The notes beneath the pieces were generated by a model. That model worked only from the letters and a program-made list of their open reading frames with translations, was not told where the DNA came from and did no database searches. The translations under genes and the position numbers were made by a program. Below, one piece after another: positions 27,546 to 36,562 of a stretch of DNA of 64,000 nucleotides; within the stretch, counting starts at the first letter, position 1, and each line of letters opens with the position of its first letter. Origin of the DNA: Ignavibacteriaceae bacterium (GTDB taxonomy: Bacteria > Bacteroidota > Ignavibacteria > Ignavibacteriales > Ignavibacteriaceae). The stretch lies in assembly GCA_030584105.1 (NCBI GenBank), contig CP129491.1:2186503-2250502 (forward strand). Reading direction: 5' to 3'.

Positions 27546-28571
27546 TCAGAAGGGAAGATCATACCCTCCCGAGGCACCATATTCATTATTAATCTCTTCG
27601 CTTTCAACAATTTTATTGATGATATTTCCCGCAGCTTCCTGCAAAAGATAACATTCATATACTCCTAACTTTTTGGATTCTGTTGTCAGAAAGTCGTAAA
27701 CCTCCCACAAAGTTTTGCATTTTCCAAGTTGAAACATGTATTCTTTCAAATCGTAAACAGATACTGCCGGGGAAAGGATACTCTTAACCTTAGGGGATAA
27801 TTTAGCACCATAGACTATTGAATTAGCTTTAACCAGCTTTTTATTAAACTCGGGTGCAATTCGGTTAAATTCCTCTTCAAAATCTTTTAACGAAGATTTA
27901 AAGTTCTCAAACCCACCACGATTGTGGTAGAAAAGGGTAGTGTCTCCTTTTTCCATAGTTACCGCTCCGTTGGAACAAATATACCTCAATACATGGACTG
28001 ACCGGGAAAGTGCTCCAAACCCTGTCTGAGAATTGGTGAAGTGCAGGCTGTAACCCACCAAATCGCCGACTTTAACCTCTGTTTCTAACTTTACATTGGT
28101 TCGAAATCTTGTGATGTAAGGATCATAATCGACTGTAGTGATGCCGAAATGTTTTATTGCTTCATAGAACTTCAAATCTTCAACGGTTTCATAATTGTGG
28201 GCTAAGATGCTATAGACATAGTCATTCTCAATCCGTAAGTTTACTCTGCTATTGTTATAGTTCTGTCCTCTTCTGTCAATTTCAGTGAGCAGATCATTAA
28301 TTATCTTTTCTTTTGCCTCCGTTGAAAGATAATTAACCATTTCAGTGCCGGTGTAAAACCAGCGAAAAATTTTCCTGACAAAAATGGTAGGAATAAGAAA
28401 CAAGTCGCTTTTTTGACCCTCAACCTGAAGGAACAGTTTGTTATCTTTTATCAGCGCTTTTAAATGATATGGCGCTACCTCAAGGTTCTGTACCTTTATT
28501 TTAGAACGGAAATCAAAAAACTGCTCCGGGCTTAAATTTACTTTTGAGTTTTGTTTGTTGTAATAGTACAT
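27546..28571 (-). CDS. DUF932-like (phage/plasmid TIGR03299-like) protein
   Basis: The 341-aa ORF contains FTNSQTGFGALSRSVHVLRYICSNGAV. This resembles the conserved NS.DGS.A...R.VC.NG core of DUF932 as recalled from memory. Confidence 0.5.
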   Translation of the reverse strand: MYYYNKQNSKVNLSPEQFFDFRSKIKVQNLEVAPYHLKALIKDNKLFLQVEGQKSDLFLIPTIFVRKIFRWFYTGTEMVNYLSTEAKEKIINDLLTEIDRRGQNYNNSRVNLRIENDYVYSILAHNYETVEDLKFYEAIKHFGITTVDYDPYITRFRTNVKLETEVKVGDLVGYSLHFTNSQTGFGALSRSVHVLRYICSNGAVTMEKGDTTLFYHNRGGFENFKSSLKDFEEEFNRIAPEFNKKLVKANSIVYGAKLSPKVKSILSPAVSVYDLKEYMFQLGKCKTLWEVYDFLTTESKKLGVYECYLLQEAAGNIINKIVESEEINNEYGASGGYDLPF

Positions 28572-28693
28572 TTTATTACTCCGTCTTTTTATTTGTTGTT
28601 TATCGTTTATTAATTTCTAAATGTGCCCCCTTATCCCTTAAGAGAGCCGGGTTTTTGTTTTTTCCGGTTTCGTAAAAAAAATCCAACACTTAT

Positions 28694-31495
28694 TTATGCC
28701 GCTATTTCCTCTTTTACCCTTGAAATACATTTTTCAAGGCTATGCCACACTTCATAATTCCAGAATCTCAGAACTTTCCAGCCTTCTCTTTGCATTGTAT
28801 AATCTCTCACATTATCATAACTGCTCCGCGTTCCCGGAACGGCACCTTCATGCCCGCTGCCGTCAACTTCAATGCAGATTTTTTTATCGTCAACAAAAAG
28901 CGCGATATCCATTCTGTACGCAAAAAAATTATACTGGCATTCCGGTTCAAATCCTTCTTCACGGAGTCTTGTTGCCATAATTTTTTCTTCGGGTGTCACG
29001 GGTTCGTGATTGTTTGAAGGGTTAAGGTTTTTTTCCGCATATTTTGCCAAACGACTTAATAATTTGCATTTTGATTTTTTACAAAACTGTTTGTTTCCAA
29101 CGACGATTAAATTAGATTTTGCCCGGGTCAATCCCACATTTATAAGATTGTCGTTCCCTGAATAAAAGAACTCGTTATTATTTTTTAATTTACCCTCAAT
29201 CTCGATTGAGTAACTGACTCCAAGAGAGAAAATCATTACATCTTTTTCATCTCCCTGAAACCGGTGAATTGTATCAATCACAATTTCTTTATTTCCTTTA
29301 TTCTTAGAAAGCAGCGGGGTACATGCCTCCAGTATCTTTTGGACTTGTAATCGAAACGGTGAAGTAATTCCTATACTTGTTATTTCTTCAGAATCAATTA
29401 ATACACTCAAAATTTCTTTGCATTTTTCAATTTCTTTCGAAAGAATAAATTTATTATAAAGCGGTATATATTCATCTTTCACATCAATCCACTCAAAAGT
29501 TGGTTTTTCCCCCCAATTATTTAATTCCAGATAATTAGTACGAATTTTTAATTTATTTCCGTAAAACTCATTGTTTGAAAATGAAATAATCTCTTTTTTT
29601 GATCGAAAATGTTCATCGAGCATTATTTCAGAAGAACCGTCAATATTTTTTGAACGGTGCGCTATTAGTGACAAGATTGAACTTACCCCAAACTCCCACT
29701 CATTGAACTTCATCAAATTAAAATACTGTTTGAATAGTGTTTTACGCCTTTGGGATGAAAGATTTGTAATATGATTAAGCTGTTTTTCATCACCAACTAC
29801 AATTAAACTTTTCGCCCTCAACATTAAACAGAGAGTGGAAGGTATATCGCATTGGCTCGCTTCATCTATTATAACATAGTCAAATATTCCCGGCGAAAGT
29901 GGGAGTTGCCCCGAAACAGACAGGTTTGAAACCGTCCATATTAAAAGAAATTTTCTTATTGGTAAAAATTTTTCCTTAAATTCAACTCGTTCCTGCTTAC
30001 TGTTGAATTGATTATCTATCCAGAAACTAAGTAATCGCTGATATTCATTCAGTAATTTTTTTTCGTTTTCATCGCGGAAAGAATAGTTTTTCCTGATCGT
30101 TAATATTAATATCGCTTTATTAATATTTAATAATTCTTCCCTTTTTCGAAAAATGAGGTCTGTAAGTTCTTCAACGCGCTTCAATTTTTCCGCCCTTAAA
30201 ATCGCTTTGTGATACCTGACCATTTTCTTTATTCTCGGAGAAATTAGGGCAGCTTTCGGAATTGAGTTTAATTTTTGAAGGTTGTAATAAATTTTTTCGT
30301 AATTAACGCTTCTTCCTTTAATATATTTTCTATATTCTTCAGAAATACTTAATCGGGTGTTATTTATTTCTTCCTGTTCAATTAACAGTTGATCAATCTC
30401 TCGTTCAATTTGTTTTGATTTAGCGGAAAGATCACGCAATTTCTGATCTTCCGCCGGCATAAAATTGTTATAATCCTGAATTTCCTGAATATTCGCTTTT
30501 AAAATAGATACTAAGTCCTTTTGACCTTCTGATCTTCCCAGTTTTAGCATAAAAGGCAGTTGGTCAAGGTATTTGTCAATTCGTGACATTACCGTTTCTA
30601 TCGCCTTATGGTTATGGCTGCTGAAAAGAATCGATTTGTTTTTCAAAAAAGCATTAAATATTATGTTTATTACAACATCTGACTTGCCGGTGCCGGGAGG
30701 TCCCTGAATATTGGTTATGCCTGAGGATAAAGCCATTTTAACCGCTTCTTTTTGTGAAGCATTAAGAGGTGTAAACATAGAAACATCTTCGTTCCCGGAT
30801 ATTTTACGGTTTGGCTCAAACAGATATTTTAGTGCACTTTCTGAAAAAAAATCATCCAAAGACTTTGAATTTAATTTGGCAATTTCTTTTAACTCGAACT
30901 CGAGTCCTTTTGTGAAATTAGATTTTTCACAGATAAAAAACGACGCTGCATTGGTATAAATATTTTTTTCCTTCTGTTCTTCCGGGTCCGTACTGATAAA
31001 TTGTTCCAAAGTTTTCATCAATTCTTCAACAATATTTCTCTTTTTCCCGTTGATTGGCTCAGTTAAATTAAGAGCTTCAACCTGCCTCCGAAAACCGTTC
31101 AGGTCAATTCCCATTTCTTCAAAAAAAGTCGAATTAAACCTGAACTCTTCATAATCCACTAAAACAAGTTCTTTCATTTCAGTGAGTATAAAAACAAAAG
31201 CAGGAATTATTTTTTTGTATTCTTTCTGATGAAAGATTGGGAAACCAATTACAAAATCTGTTACTTTTGCTTTTTCATCATTTATACCGAGTCTTTCTTT
31301 TATCCGTTGTATAGAATCAGCAGGAAAGTTCTCATTTTTTTGAAATAACTCAAACTCTTCTTCCTCCAAATTGAGGTAAGTTCTTTTCTTTTTCTTTTCA
31401 TCTTTGGCAACTTCTGTGGCAATTTTAAATTCTCTGTCTTCAATAACATACTGATGATAGTAGTCAATCAGCTTTCTAAAATCTTCTTTTTTCAT
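28694..31495 (-). CDS. SF1B (Upf1/Dna2-like, AAA_11/AAA_12) helicase fused to C-terminal DUF559/Vsr-like PD-(D/E)xK endonuclease
   Basis: Walker A IQGPPGTGKS, Walker B VIIDEASQC, plus VVGDEKQL, LDEHFRS, IHRFQGDEKDVMIFS and NVGLTRAKSNLIVVG. The C-terminus reads YRMDIALFVDDKKICIEVDGSGHE...REGWKVLRFWNYEV. Confidence 0.85.
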   Translation of the reverse strand: MKKEDFRKLIDYYHQYVIEDREFKIATEVAKDEKKKKRTYLNLEEEEFELFQKNENFPADSIQRIKERLGINDEKAKVTDFVIGFPIFHQKEYKKIIPAFVFILTEMKELVLVDYEEFRFNSTFFEEMGIDLNGFRRQVEALNLTEPINGKKRNIVEELMKTLEQFISTDPEEQKEKNIYTNAASFFICEKSNFTKGLEFELKEIAKLNSKSLDDFFSESALKYLFEPNRKISGNEDVSMFTPLNASQKEAVKMALSSGITNIQGPPGTGKSDVVINIIFNAFLKNKSILFSSHNHKAIETVMSRIDKYLDQLPFMLKLGRSEGQKDLVSILKANIQEIQDYNNFMPAEDQKLRDLSAKSKQIEREIDQLLIEQEEINNTRLSISEEYRKYIKGRSVNYEKIYYNLQKLNSIPKAALISPRIKKMVRYHKAILRAEKLKRVEELTDLIFRKREELLNINKAILILTIRKNYSFRDENEKKLLNEYQRLLSFWIDNQFNSKQERVEFKEKFLPIRKFLLIWTVSNLSVSGQLPLSPGIFDYVIIDEASQCDIPSTLCLMLRAKSLIVVGDEKQLNHITNLSSQRRKTLFKQYFNLMKFNEWEFGVSSILSLIAHRSKNIDGSSEIMLDEHFRSKKEIISFSNNEFYGNKLKIRTNYLELNNWGEKPTFEWIDVKDEYIPLYNKFILSKEIEKCKEILSVLIDSEEITSIGITSPFRLQVQKILEACTPLLSKNKGNKEIVIDTIHRFQGDEKDVMIFSLGVSYSIEIEGKLKNNNEFFYSGNDNLINVGLTRAKSNLIVVGNKQFCKKSKCKLLSRLAKYAEKNLNPSNNHEPVTPEEKIMATRLREEGFEPECQYNFFAYRMDIALFVDDKKICIEVDGSGHEGAVPGTRSSYDNVRDYTMQREGWKVLRFWNYEVWHSLEKCISRVKEEIAA

Positions 31496-31497
31496 TT

Positions 31498-32238
31498 TTA
31501 CTTGTCTGTTAGTTCATTTTCAAGGTCGATAACTTCGAGCAAAGTTTTATGCATGGCTTTATTGTTCTCAATGAGTTCATTCAGGCTGTTAATGATTGCT
31601 TCATTAAGTTCCGCGACTTTCTCATGCTCTTTCGACCTTGTTTCGCTGATTTGTGAGCTTGTTTTTAAAAGTGAATCAATTTCCTCCGATCGTGTTTCAC
31701 TGATCTGCTTGTTTGCTGTGAGAAGTGTGTTCATTTCCTTTGATCTGGTTTCGCTGGTTTGCATAATGGCTTTATAAAGTGAATCAATTTCCCCCGATCG
31801 TGTTTCACTGATCTGCTTGTTTGCTGTGAGAAGTGTGTTCATCTCTCTTGACCTTGTTTCACTGATCTGCATGTTTGCTGTGAGAAGTGTGTTCATCTCC
31901 CTTGACCTTGTTTCACTGATCTGCATGTTTGCTGTGAGAAGTGAATCCATCTCTTTCGATCTGGTTTCGCTGATTTGCATGTTTGCATTAAGAAGTGTGT
32001 TCATCTCCCTTGACCTTGTTTCACTGATCTGCATAATGGCTTTATGAAGTGTGAATATTTCCTCTGACCTTGTTTTGGCACTTGCGTTATTATTTTCAAT
32101 CAACTTCTCGAACAACTTTTGAATTTTTTCATCGTTTTGCAGAAGTTCCTTTGTGTTTTTGAAATAAAAAACCAAAAATAGCGGTAATGAAACCAAAAGG
32201 ATCACTATGATTAGCAGGAATATTTGTGTTGTATCCAT
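31498..32238 (-). CDS. N-terminally membrane-anchored coiled-coil protein made of 18-aa tandem repeats
   Basis: TM helix IFLLIIVILLVSLPLFLVFYF, then about 8 repeats of ANMQISETRS(R/K)EM(N/D)(T/S)LLT. The stop lies 2 nt before the helicase start. Confidence 0.65.
   Translation of the reverse strand: MDTTQIFLLIIVILLVSLPLFLVFYFKNTKELLQNDEKIQKLFEKLIENNNASAKTRSEEIFTLHKAIMQISETRSREMNTLLNANMQISETRSKEMDSLLTANMQISETRSREMNTLLTANMQISETRSREMNTLLTANKQISETRSGEIDSLYKAIMQTSETRSKEMNTLLTANKQISETRSEEIDSLLKTSSQISETRSKEHEKVAELNEAIINSLNELIENNKAMHKTLLEVIDLENELTDK
31630..32075. repeat. 54-bp tandem repeat array, about 8 copies, in frame
   Basis: TTTCACTGATCTGCATGTTTGCTGTGAGAAGTGTGTTCATCTC(C/T)CTTGACCTTG units. Confidence 0.9.
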
Positions 32239-32419
32239 CTTTTGTATCTCCGATTTGTAATTATTAAATTAGTTTAATATTAAATTTTTACATTAACAGT
32301 TTTTAACACATCTTATTTTTTTCAATTGCTGCGGAAAAGTTAAACCTTCATAGAAATAAACCGGTTTTAGGTATTCCTTATTTTTGTTGGAATACATACG
32401 CGGGGAACGGCAAATAAAC

Positions 32420-32550
32420 AAAAACCGTGAATCGATCCGCTCGGTTTCCTGTTTTACGAGATCGAGCATGGCGTTAACCTCGCGTTCGGAGGTGAAAACC
32501 TCGCCGTGATCGGCGACCCGCTGCTTCGATTTAACCTGCATAGCGGTCAC
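32420..32550 (-). pseudogene. 5' fragment (44 codons) of the MTase-fragment gene, broken just before motif I
   Basis: MTAMQVKSKQRVADHGEVFTSEREVNAMLDLVKQETERIDSRFL is identical to the N-terminus of 26595..27248. The reading frame then runs into unrelated sequence, giving ORF 32293..32550. Confidence 0.85.
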
Positions 32551-32641
32551 AACTGATGATGATTGTTATGTGTGGCACTATAAACCCTGTTTTTGTTTCG
32601 CAAATTAGTAATAATTTTTTTATCCGCAAAGCGATGAGGCT
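32420..32641. repeat. direct repeat, right copy (222 bp)
   Basis: Matches 27118-27339. It contains the same ATG (32550) and the same 91-bp upstream region. Confidence 0.95.
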
Positions 32642-33142
32642 ACCGGCGGCGGAAATGTTGCCCCATCCGTCAACGGAGATGAAAATTAAACTGCCGGGCA
32701 GCAGCTACCTGCCTGAGCGATCCGCTTCTCACCACCACCCTTGTCCCGTTATCCTTTCAGAAGAAACTCATTTTCAGTAAAATATTCCACTTCATCAAAA
32801 ATACCCTCGTCCTGTTATCCTTTCAGAGTAAGACCCTTTTGAACAAAAACGGGGGAACCTCTGTTTATTTAGTATCAGGATAATGAAGAGCAAGAGTTCT
32901 TTCCGCAAGGGATGGGTGTTTGCTGCTCAGCCAAAAGTTGCTATTCCACCAAAAGCGCAGTTACTTAACAACAATAAAGGTGACATTTCAATAACCGGGA
33001 TGGTTATTGCTCCGACGGGGGCGGTTTGAAAATAGTTCTGCACACCCAAAAGTTGATAATTTCCCGCAAATGTTTACGGGTTAAAAAAATATCATTATTT
33101 TTATAGCCTTGTATTATTATTTTAATCAATTATTAAAACAAA

Positions 33143-34633
33143 ATGAGTCTGCCGATGAAAATTTCCGTTTTTTTGGTTATAGTGGTTGCTTTTTCAACCG
33201 CCGTAATGATTTCAACCAAGCCGGCACTTCCGCAAGCGATGAAGCTGCAGAATGCTTTTCCTAATATCAGCATACCAAATGCGGTTGATTTTCAGTCGCC
33301 TTACGATAAAACAGACCGCATTTTCGTGGTTGCTCAAACGGGCAAGATTTTCGTTTTTCCGAATACTCCCACAGCCTCGAACCCGAAGGTTTTTCTTGAT
33401 CTCACGGACCGCGTCCTCTACGGCGGCGAGCAGGGGTTGCTCGGGCTTGCTTTCCACCCCGACTATGCAAACAACGGGTATTTTTATGTAAACTACACCA
33501 CTTCCAACCCCAGAAGAACTCACATTTCAAGGTTTCAGGTTTCACCAACTAACCCCGATTCTGCGATGAAATCAACGGAATTGGTGTTGCTGACCTACAA
33601 CCAGCCCTACACGAACCATAACGGCGGGCAGGTGGCTTTCGGACCCGACGGATACCTCTATATCGGCGCAGGCGACGGCGGTTCGGGCGGAGACCCACAA
33701 GGCAACGGGCAAAATAAGGCGGTGTTTCTTGCTAAAATTCTGAGAATTGATGTTAACAACACTTCCTCCGGAAAAAACTACGCCATCCCCCCGGATAACC
33801 CGTTTGCCGGGAACACACAAGGGTGGAAGGAAGAAATTTACGCTTACGGCATGAGGAACCCCTGGCGCTTCAGCTTTGACCCCAAAACTAACCTGCTCTG
33901 GGTGGCTGATGTGGGGCAGAACGAGTGGGAGGAAATTAACATTGTTGAAAAAGGGGGCAACTACGGCTGGCGCATAATGGAGGGCTTCCACTGTTATAAC
34001 CCCTCTTCAAATTGCGACACAACGGGGCTGAAACTGCCAATTTGGGAGTACCGGCACAACTCGGCGGGGGGCTACTCGATCACGGGCGGCTTCGTTTACC
34101 GCGGCAACAAAAACCCGCGCCTCTACGGCAAATATATCTACGGCGATTATGTTTCCAAGCGGATTTGGGCGCTTTCTTACACCCCCGGGCAGCCCGTTCA
34201 GAATGAAGTGCTGGTTAACAATGCCGGGTTCTCTATCACTTCGTTCGGCGAAGATACCTACAGAAACCTTTATATTATCGACTACTCCGGCAAAATCTGG
34301 AAGTTTGTTGAGGATGTCGATGCAATTAACCGGATACCCAACTTCACCGGTGGCAAATTCGCCGCTCTGAAGCAGAACTACCCGAACCCTTTTAACCCAT
34401 CAACTTCCGTTTCCTTTTTACTGGGGAAAGAAAGCGATGTGAAGGTTGATGTTTACGATATCTACGGCGGATTAGTAAGTGAAATCACAAGAGGGTTCTA
34501 CCAAGCTGGCGAGTTTATTTTCGGGTGGGAGCCGGGCAAGCTTGCCTCGGGTACATACCTCATCAGAATGACCGCAACCGCAACAGACGGGGCTGTGCAG
34601 TCGGAAACCGTTAAAGCTGTTTATCTGAAGTGA
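33143..34633 (+). CDS. PQQ-dependent sugar (glucose/sorbosone) dehydrogenase with T9SS C-terminal sorting domain
   Basis: Signal peptide. GGEQGLLGLAFHPDY, HNGGQVAFGPDGYLYIGAGDGG, YAYGMRNPWRFSFD and GGNYGWR. The C-terminus reads KQNYPNPFNPSTSVSF...TYLIRM. Confidence 0.85.
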   Translation: MSLPMKISVFLVIVVAFSTAVMISTKPALPQAMKLQNAFPNISIPNAVDFQSPYDKTDRIFVVAQTGKIFVFPNTPTASNPKVFLDLTDRVLYGGEQGLLGLAFHPDYANNGYFYVNYTTSNPRRTHISRFQVSPTNPDSAMKSTELVLLTYNQPYTNHNGGQVAFGPDGYLYIGAGDGGSGGDPQGNGQNKAVFLAKILRIDVNNTSSGKNYAIPPDNPFAGNTQGWKEEIYAYGMRNPWRFSFDPKTNLLWVADVGQNEWEEINIVEKGGNYGWRIMEGFHCYNPSSNCDTTGLKLPIWEYRHNSAGGYSITGGFVYRGNKNPRLYGKYIYGDYVSKRIWALSYTPGQPVQNEVLVNNAGFSITSFGEDTYRNLYIIDYSGKIWKFVEDVDAINRIPNFTGGKFAALKQNYPNPFNPSTSVSFLLGKESDVKVDVYDIYGGLVSEITRGFYQAGEFIFGWEPGKLASGTYLIRMTATATDGAVQSETVKAVYLK

Positions 34634-34642
34634 GGTAAAATA

Positions 34643-34802
34643 CCCCCGGCGCCCCCTCAACGCTTCTTAAGCAAATCCGCCAAGGCAACATCAGGAAAAA
34701 TTTCCGAAAATGAGGAGCGGAACCCCCGGCGCCCCCTTAACGCTTCTTAAGCAAATCCGCCAAGGCTGCATCTATTTCCGGAAAGGAGAAGCGGAACCCC
34801 GC
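34643..34802. repeat. 80-bp tandem duplication of the 3' end of the YfcH-like gene
   Basis: CCCCCGGCGCCCCCT(C/T)AACGCTTCTTAAGCAAATCCGCCAAGGC... occurs at 34643 and 34723. The second halves have diverged. Confidence 0.85.
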
Positions 34803-35651
34803 CTTTTCAGCAGCCACCGGAACTATCCTTTGGCTATCGAGGATTGTGCCCGCCATTTCACCAAATCTTAATTTAATTAAAAACGAGGGCACCTTCATCA
34901 TCGAGGGGCGCCCGAGCGCTTTGCCCAGCTGAAACGAAAAAACATCCATTGTAACCGGCGTGGGCGATACTCCGTTGAAAATGCCATCCTGTGGGTTATC
35001 GATAAGGAAAATGTAGAGGTTAACTATATCCTCGATGTGTATCCAAGGCATCCACTGAGTGCCCGAGCCAACAGAGCCGCCCATGAAATATTTGAAAGGC
35101 GCCATCATTTTGGGAAGCGCACCCCCATCGGGCGAAAGTACCACACCGGTGCGCACAACTGAGACCTTAACAGCGTGATTGCGTGCCAGGATTGCCTGTT
35201 GCTCCCACGCGCGGCAGACATCGGAAAGAAAACTCTCACCGGGTGAGGCGGTTTCATCCCGCTCTTCATCGCCGGTGTTGCCGTAGTAACCGGTAGCAGA
35301 GGAAGAAACGAGGGTTTTCGGTTTTTCTTCCAGAAGTGAAATTGCGTGCACAAGGGCGTCGGTGGTCTGAACCCGGCTATTAAGAATCACCATTTTATAA
35401 GGGTCGTTCCATCTGCCCACCACCGAAGCGCCGGCGAGATTGACGAAAGCCTCGGCGCCCTCAAGTTTTTTTGCTATTGATTGGGGGTCTTTATAGTCCC
35501 ACCGGACAAACTCATTGATGAAAGCCATTCCTCGGGCTTGCACGGGGTCGCGTGTTATGATAACGGGGTTATCGCCTCGTTGGTGTAATTTTTTGGCAAG
35601 GCTCTTTCCGATTAAGCCGGTTCCGCCGGTGATTACAATTTTTTTTGACAT
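34737..35651 (-). CDS. TIGR01777/YfcH-like NAD-dependent epimerase family protein (SDR with DUF1731-type C-terminus)
   Basis: IVITGGTGLIGKSL Rossmann motif. The 304-aa size and C-terminal QRIVPVAAEKAGFRFSFPEIDAAL also fit. Confidence 0.75.
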   Translation of the reverse strand: MSKKIVITGGTGLIGKSLAKKLHQRGDNPVIITRDPVQARGMAFINEFVRWDYKDPQSIAKKLEGAEAFVNLAGASVVGRWNDPYKMVILNSRVQTTDALVHAISLLEEKPKTLVSSSATGYYGNTGDEERDETASPGESFLSDVCRAWEQQAILARNHAVKVSVVRTGVVLSPDGGALPKMMAPFKYFMGGSVGSGTQWMPWIHIEDIVNLYIFLIDNPQDGIFNGVSPTPVTMDVFSFQLGKALGRPSMMKVPSFLIKLRFGEMAGTILDSQRIVPVAAEKAGFRFSFPEIDAALADLLKKR

Positions 35652-35911
35652 CGCTGCACTTTCACAATTCCGAAAATCTGTAATGCAATAGTAACAAAAT
35701 CTTGTATCATTTAATTTCAGTATCTTTGTAAATGCAATTTTTTGCAGCCTTTTCTGCGGGGAGGGGGCTTTTCGTTTGGGTATTATTTAACCGGAGGGGG
35801 GAAGTGGCGGGAAGTGTTGCCTTTGGTGCCGGAGGGGGCATGGGGGGAAGTGGTGCCGGGTTTTTCGGAGGGTTTTGCGAACTCACAATTTTAAAACTAA
35901 AACACGAGATT

Positions 35912-36562
35912 ATGAAAAAATATAAACTTGCCGTTTTTGATATGGACGGCACACTTTTCGACTCGATCGACACGATTTACAACGCTGCTATTGACACTTT
36001 CGAGAAATTAGGGATGAAAAATGTTGAGTTCCCAAGGGATAAATTCTCTGCAAAAATTGGGGGGCACTTTGCTGATATTTTCGAGGAGTTTGGGATAGAA
36101 GTACCTGATGTTGAGCACTACATCGATGTTTACAAAGATATCTATTTCAACCACATCGACGATACCAAGTTCTACCCGGGAATACCTGAGTTGCTGACTG
36201 ACCTTAAAAATTCGGGGGCGCAACTTGCGCTGCTTACAACAAAAAACCAGTTCCAAACCGAAAGAATTGCCGATAAGTTCGGGCTGCACGAGTGGTTTGG
36301 CTATTTGATGGGGCGGAAACAGGGCGTGAAAATTAAACCCGACCCCGAGCCGCTTGAGATAATAATTGACCACTTTGCCACTGCCAAAGCTGACACGGTA
36401 ATGATTGGTGATTCAGAGTTCGATATCGGTTGCGGGCACAACGCCGGCGTTGATACCATAGCCGCCGGATACGGCTACAGAAACCGCGAGTTTCTGCTTC
36501 GGCTTAAGCCAACCTTCTTCGCAGCTGATGTGAGTGAACTTCGCCGCCTGTTGTTGGGGTAG
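35912..36562 (+). CDS. HAD-IA family phosphatase (phosphoglycolate phosphatase-like)
   Basis: Start moved to ATG 35912, because the upstream part of the ORF is G-rich read-through. FDMDGTL motif I, LLTTKN motif II, and K..P.....GDSEFD motifs III/IV. Confidence 0.75.
   Translation: MKKYKLAVFDMDGTLFDSIDTIYNAAIDTFEKLGMKNVEFPRDKFSAKIGGHFADIFEEFGIEVPDVEHYIDVYKDIYFNHIDDTKFYPGIPELLTDLKNSGAQLALLTTKNQFQTERIADKFGLHEWFGYLMGRKQGVKIKPDPEPLEIIIDHFATAKADTVMIGDSEFDIGCGHNAGVDTIAAGYGYRNREFLLRLKPTFFAADVSELRRLLLG

Larger units (their letters stand above)
27340..32419 (-). mobile_element. 5.1-kb three-gene cassette bracketed by 222-bp direct repeats (mobility mechanism unknown, no recombinase seen)
   Basis: Flanked by DR 27118-27339 and DR 32420-32641. 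AT-rich relative to the flanks. All genes are co-oriented behind the duplicated upstream region. Confidence 0.4.

Noticed and set aside
31454-32047. Plus-strand ORFs (107 and 76 aa) across the 54-bp repeats
   Set aside because: They are antisense shadows of the repeat-encoded coiled-coil gene and are composed entirely of repeat read-through.
32293-32550. 85-aa ORF as a genuine gene
   Set aside because: Its first 44 codons are an exact copy of the 26595..27248 N-terminus and the rest is unrelated read-through. It is called a 5' gene fragment instead.
35732-35911. Upstream 60 codons of the HAD ORF (G-rich)
   Set aside because: The HAD motif I DMDGTL lies 9 residues after the internal ATG at 35912, as in homologues. 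The upstream part is low-complexity and overlaps a minus-strand ORF.
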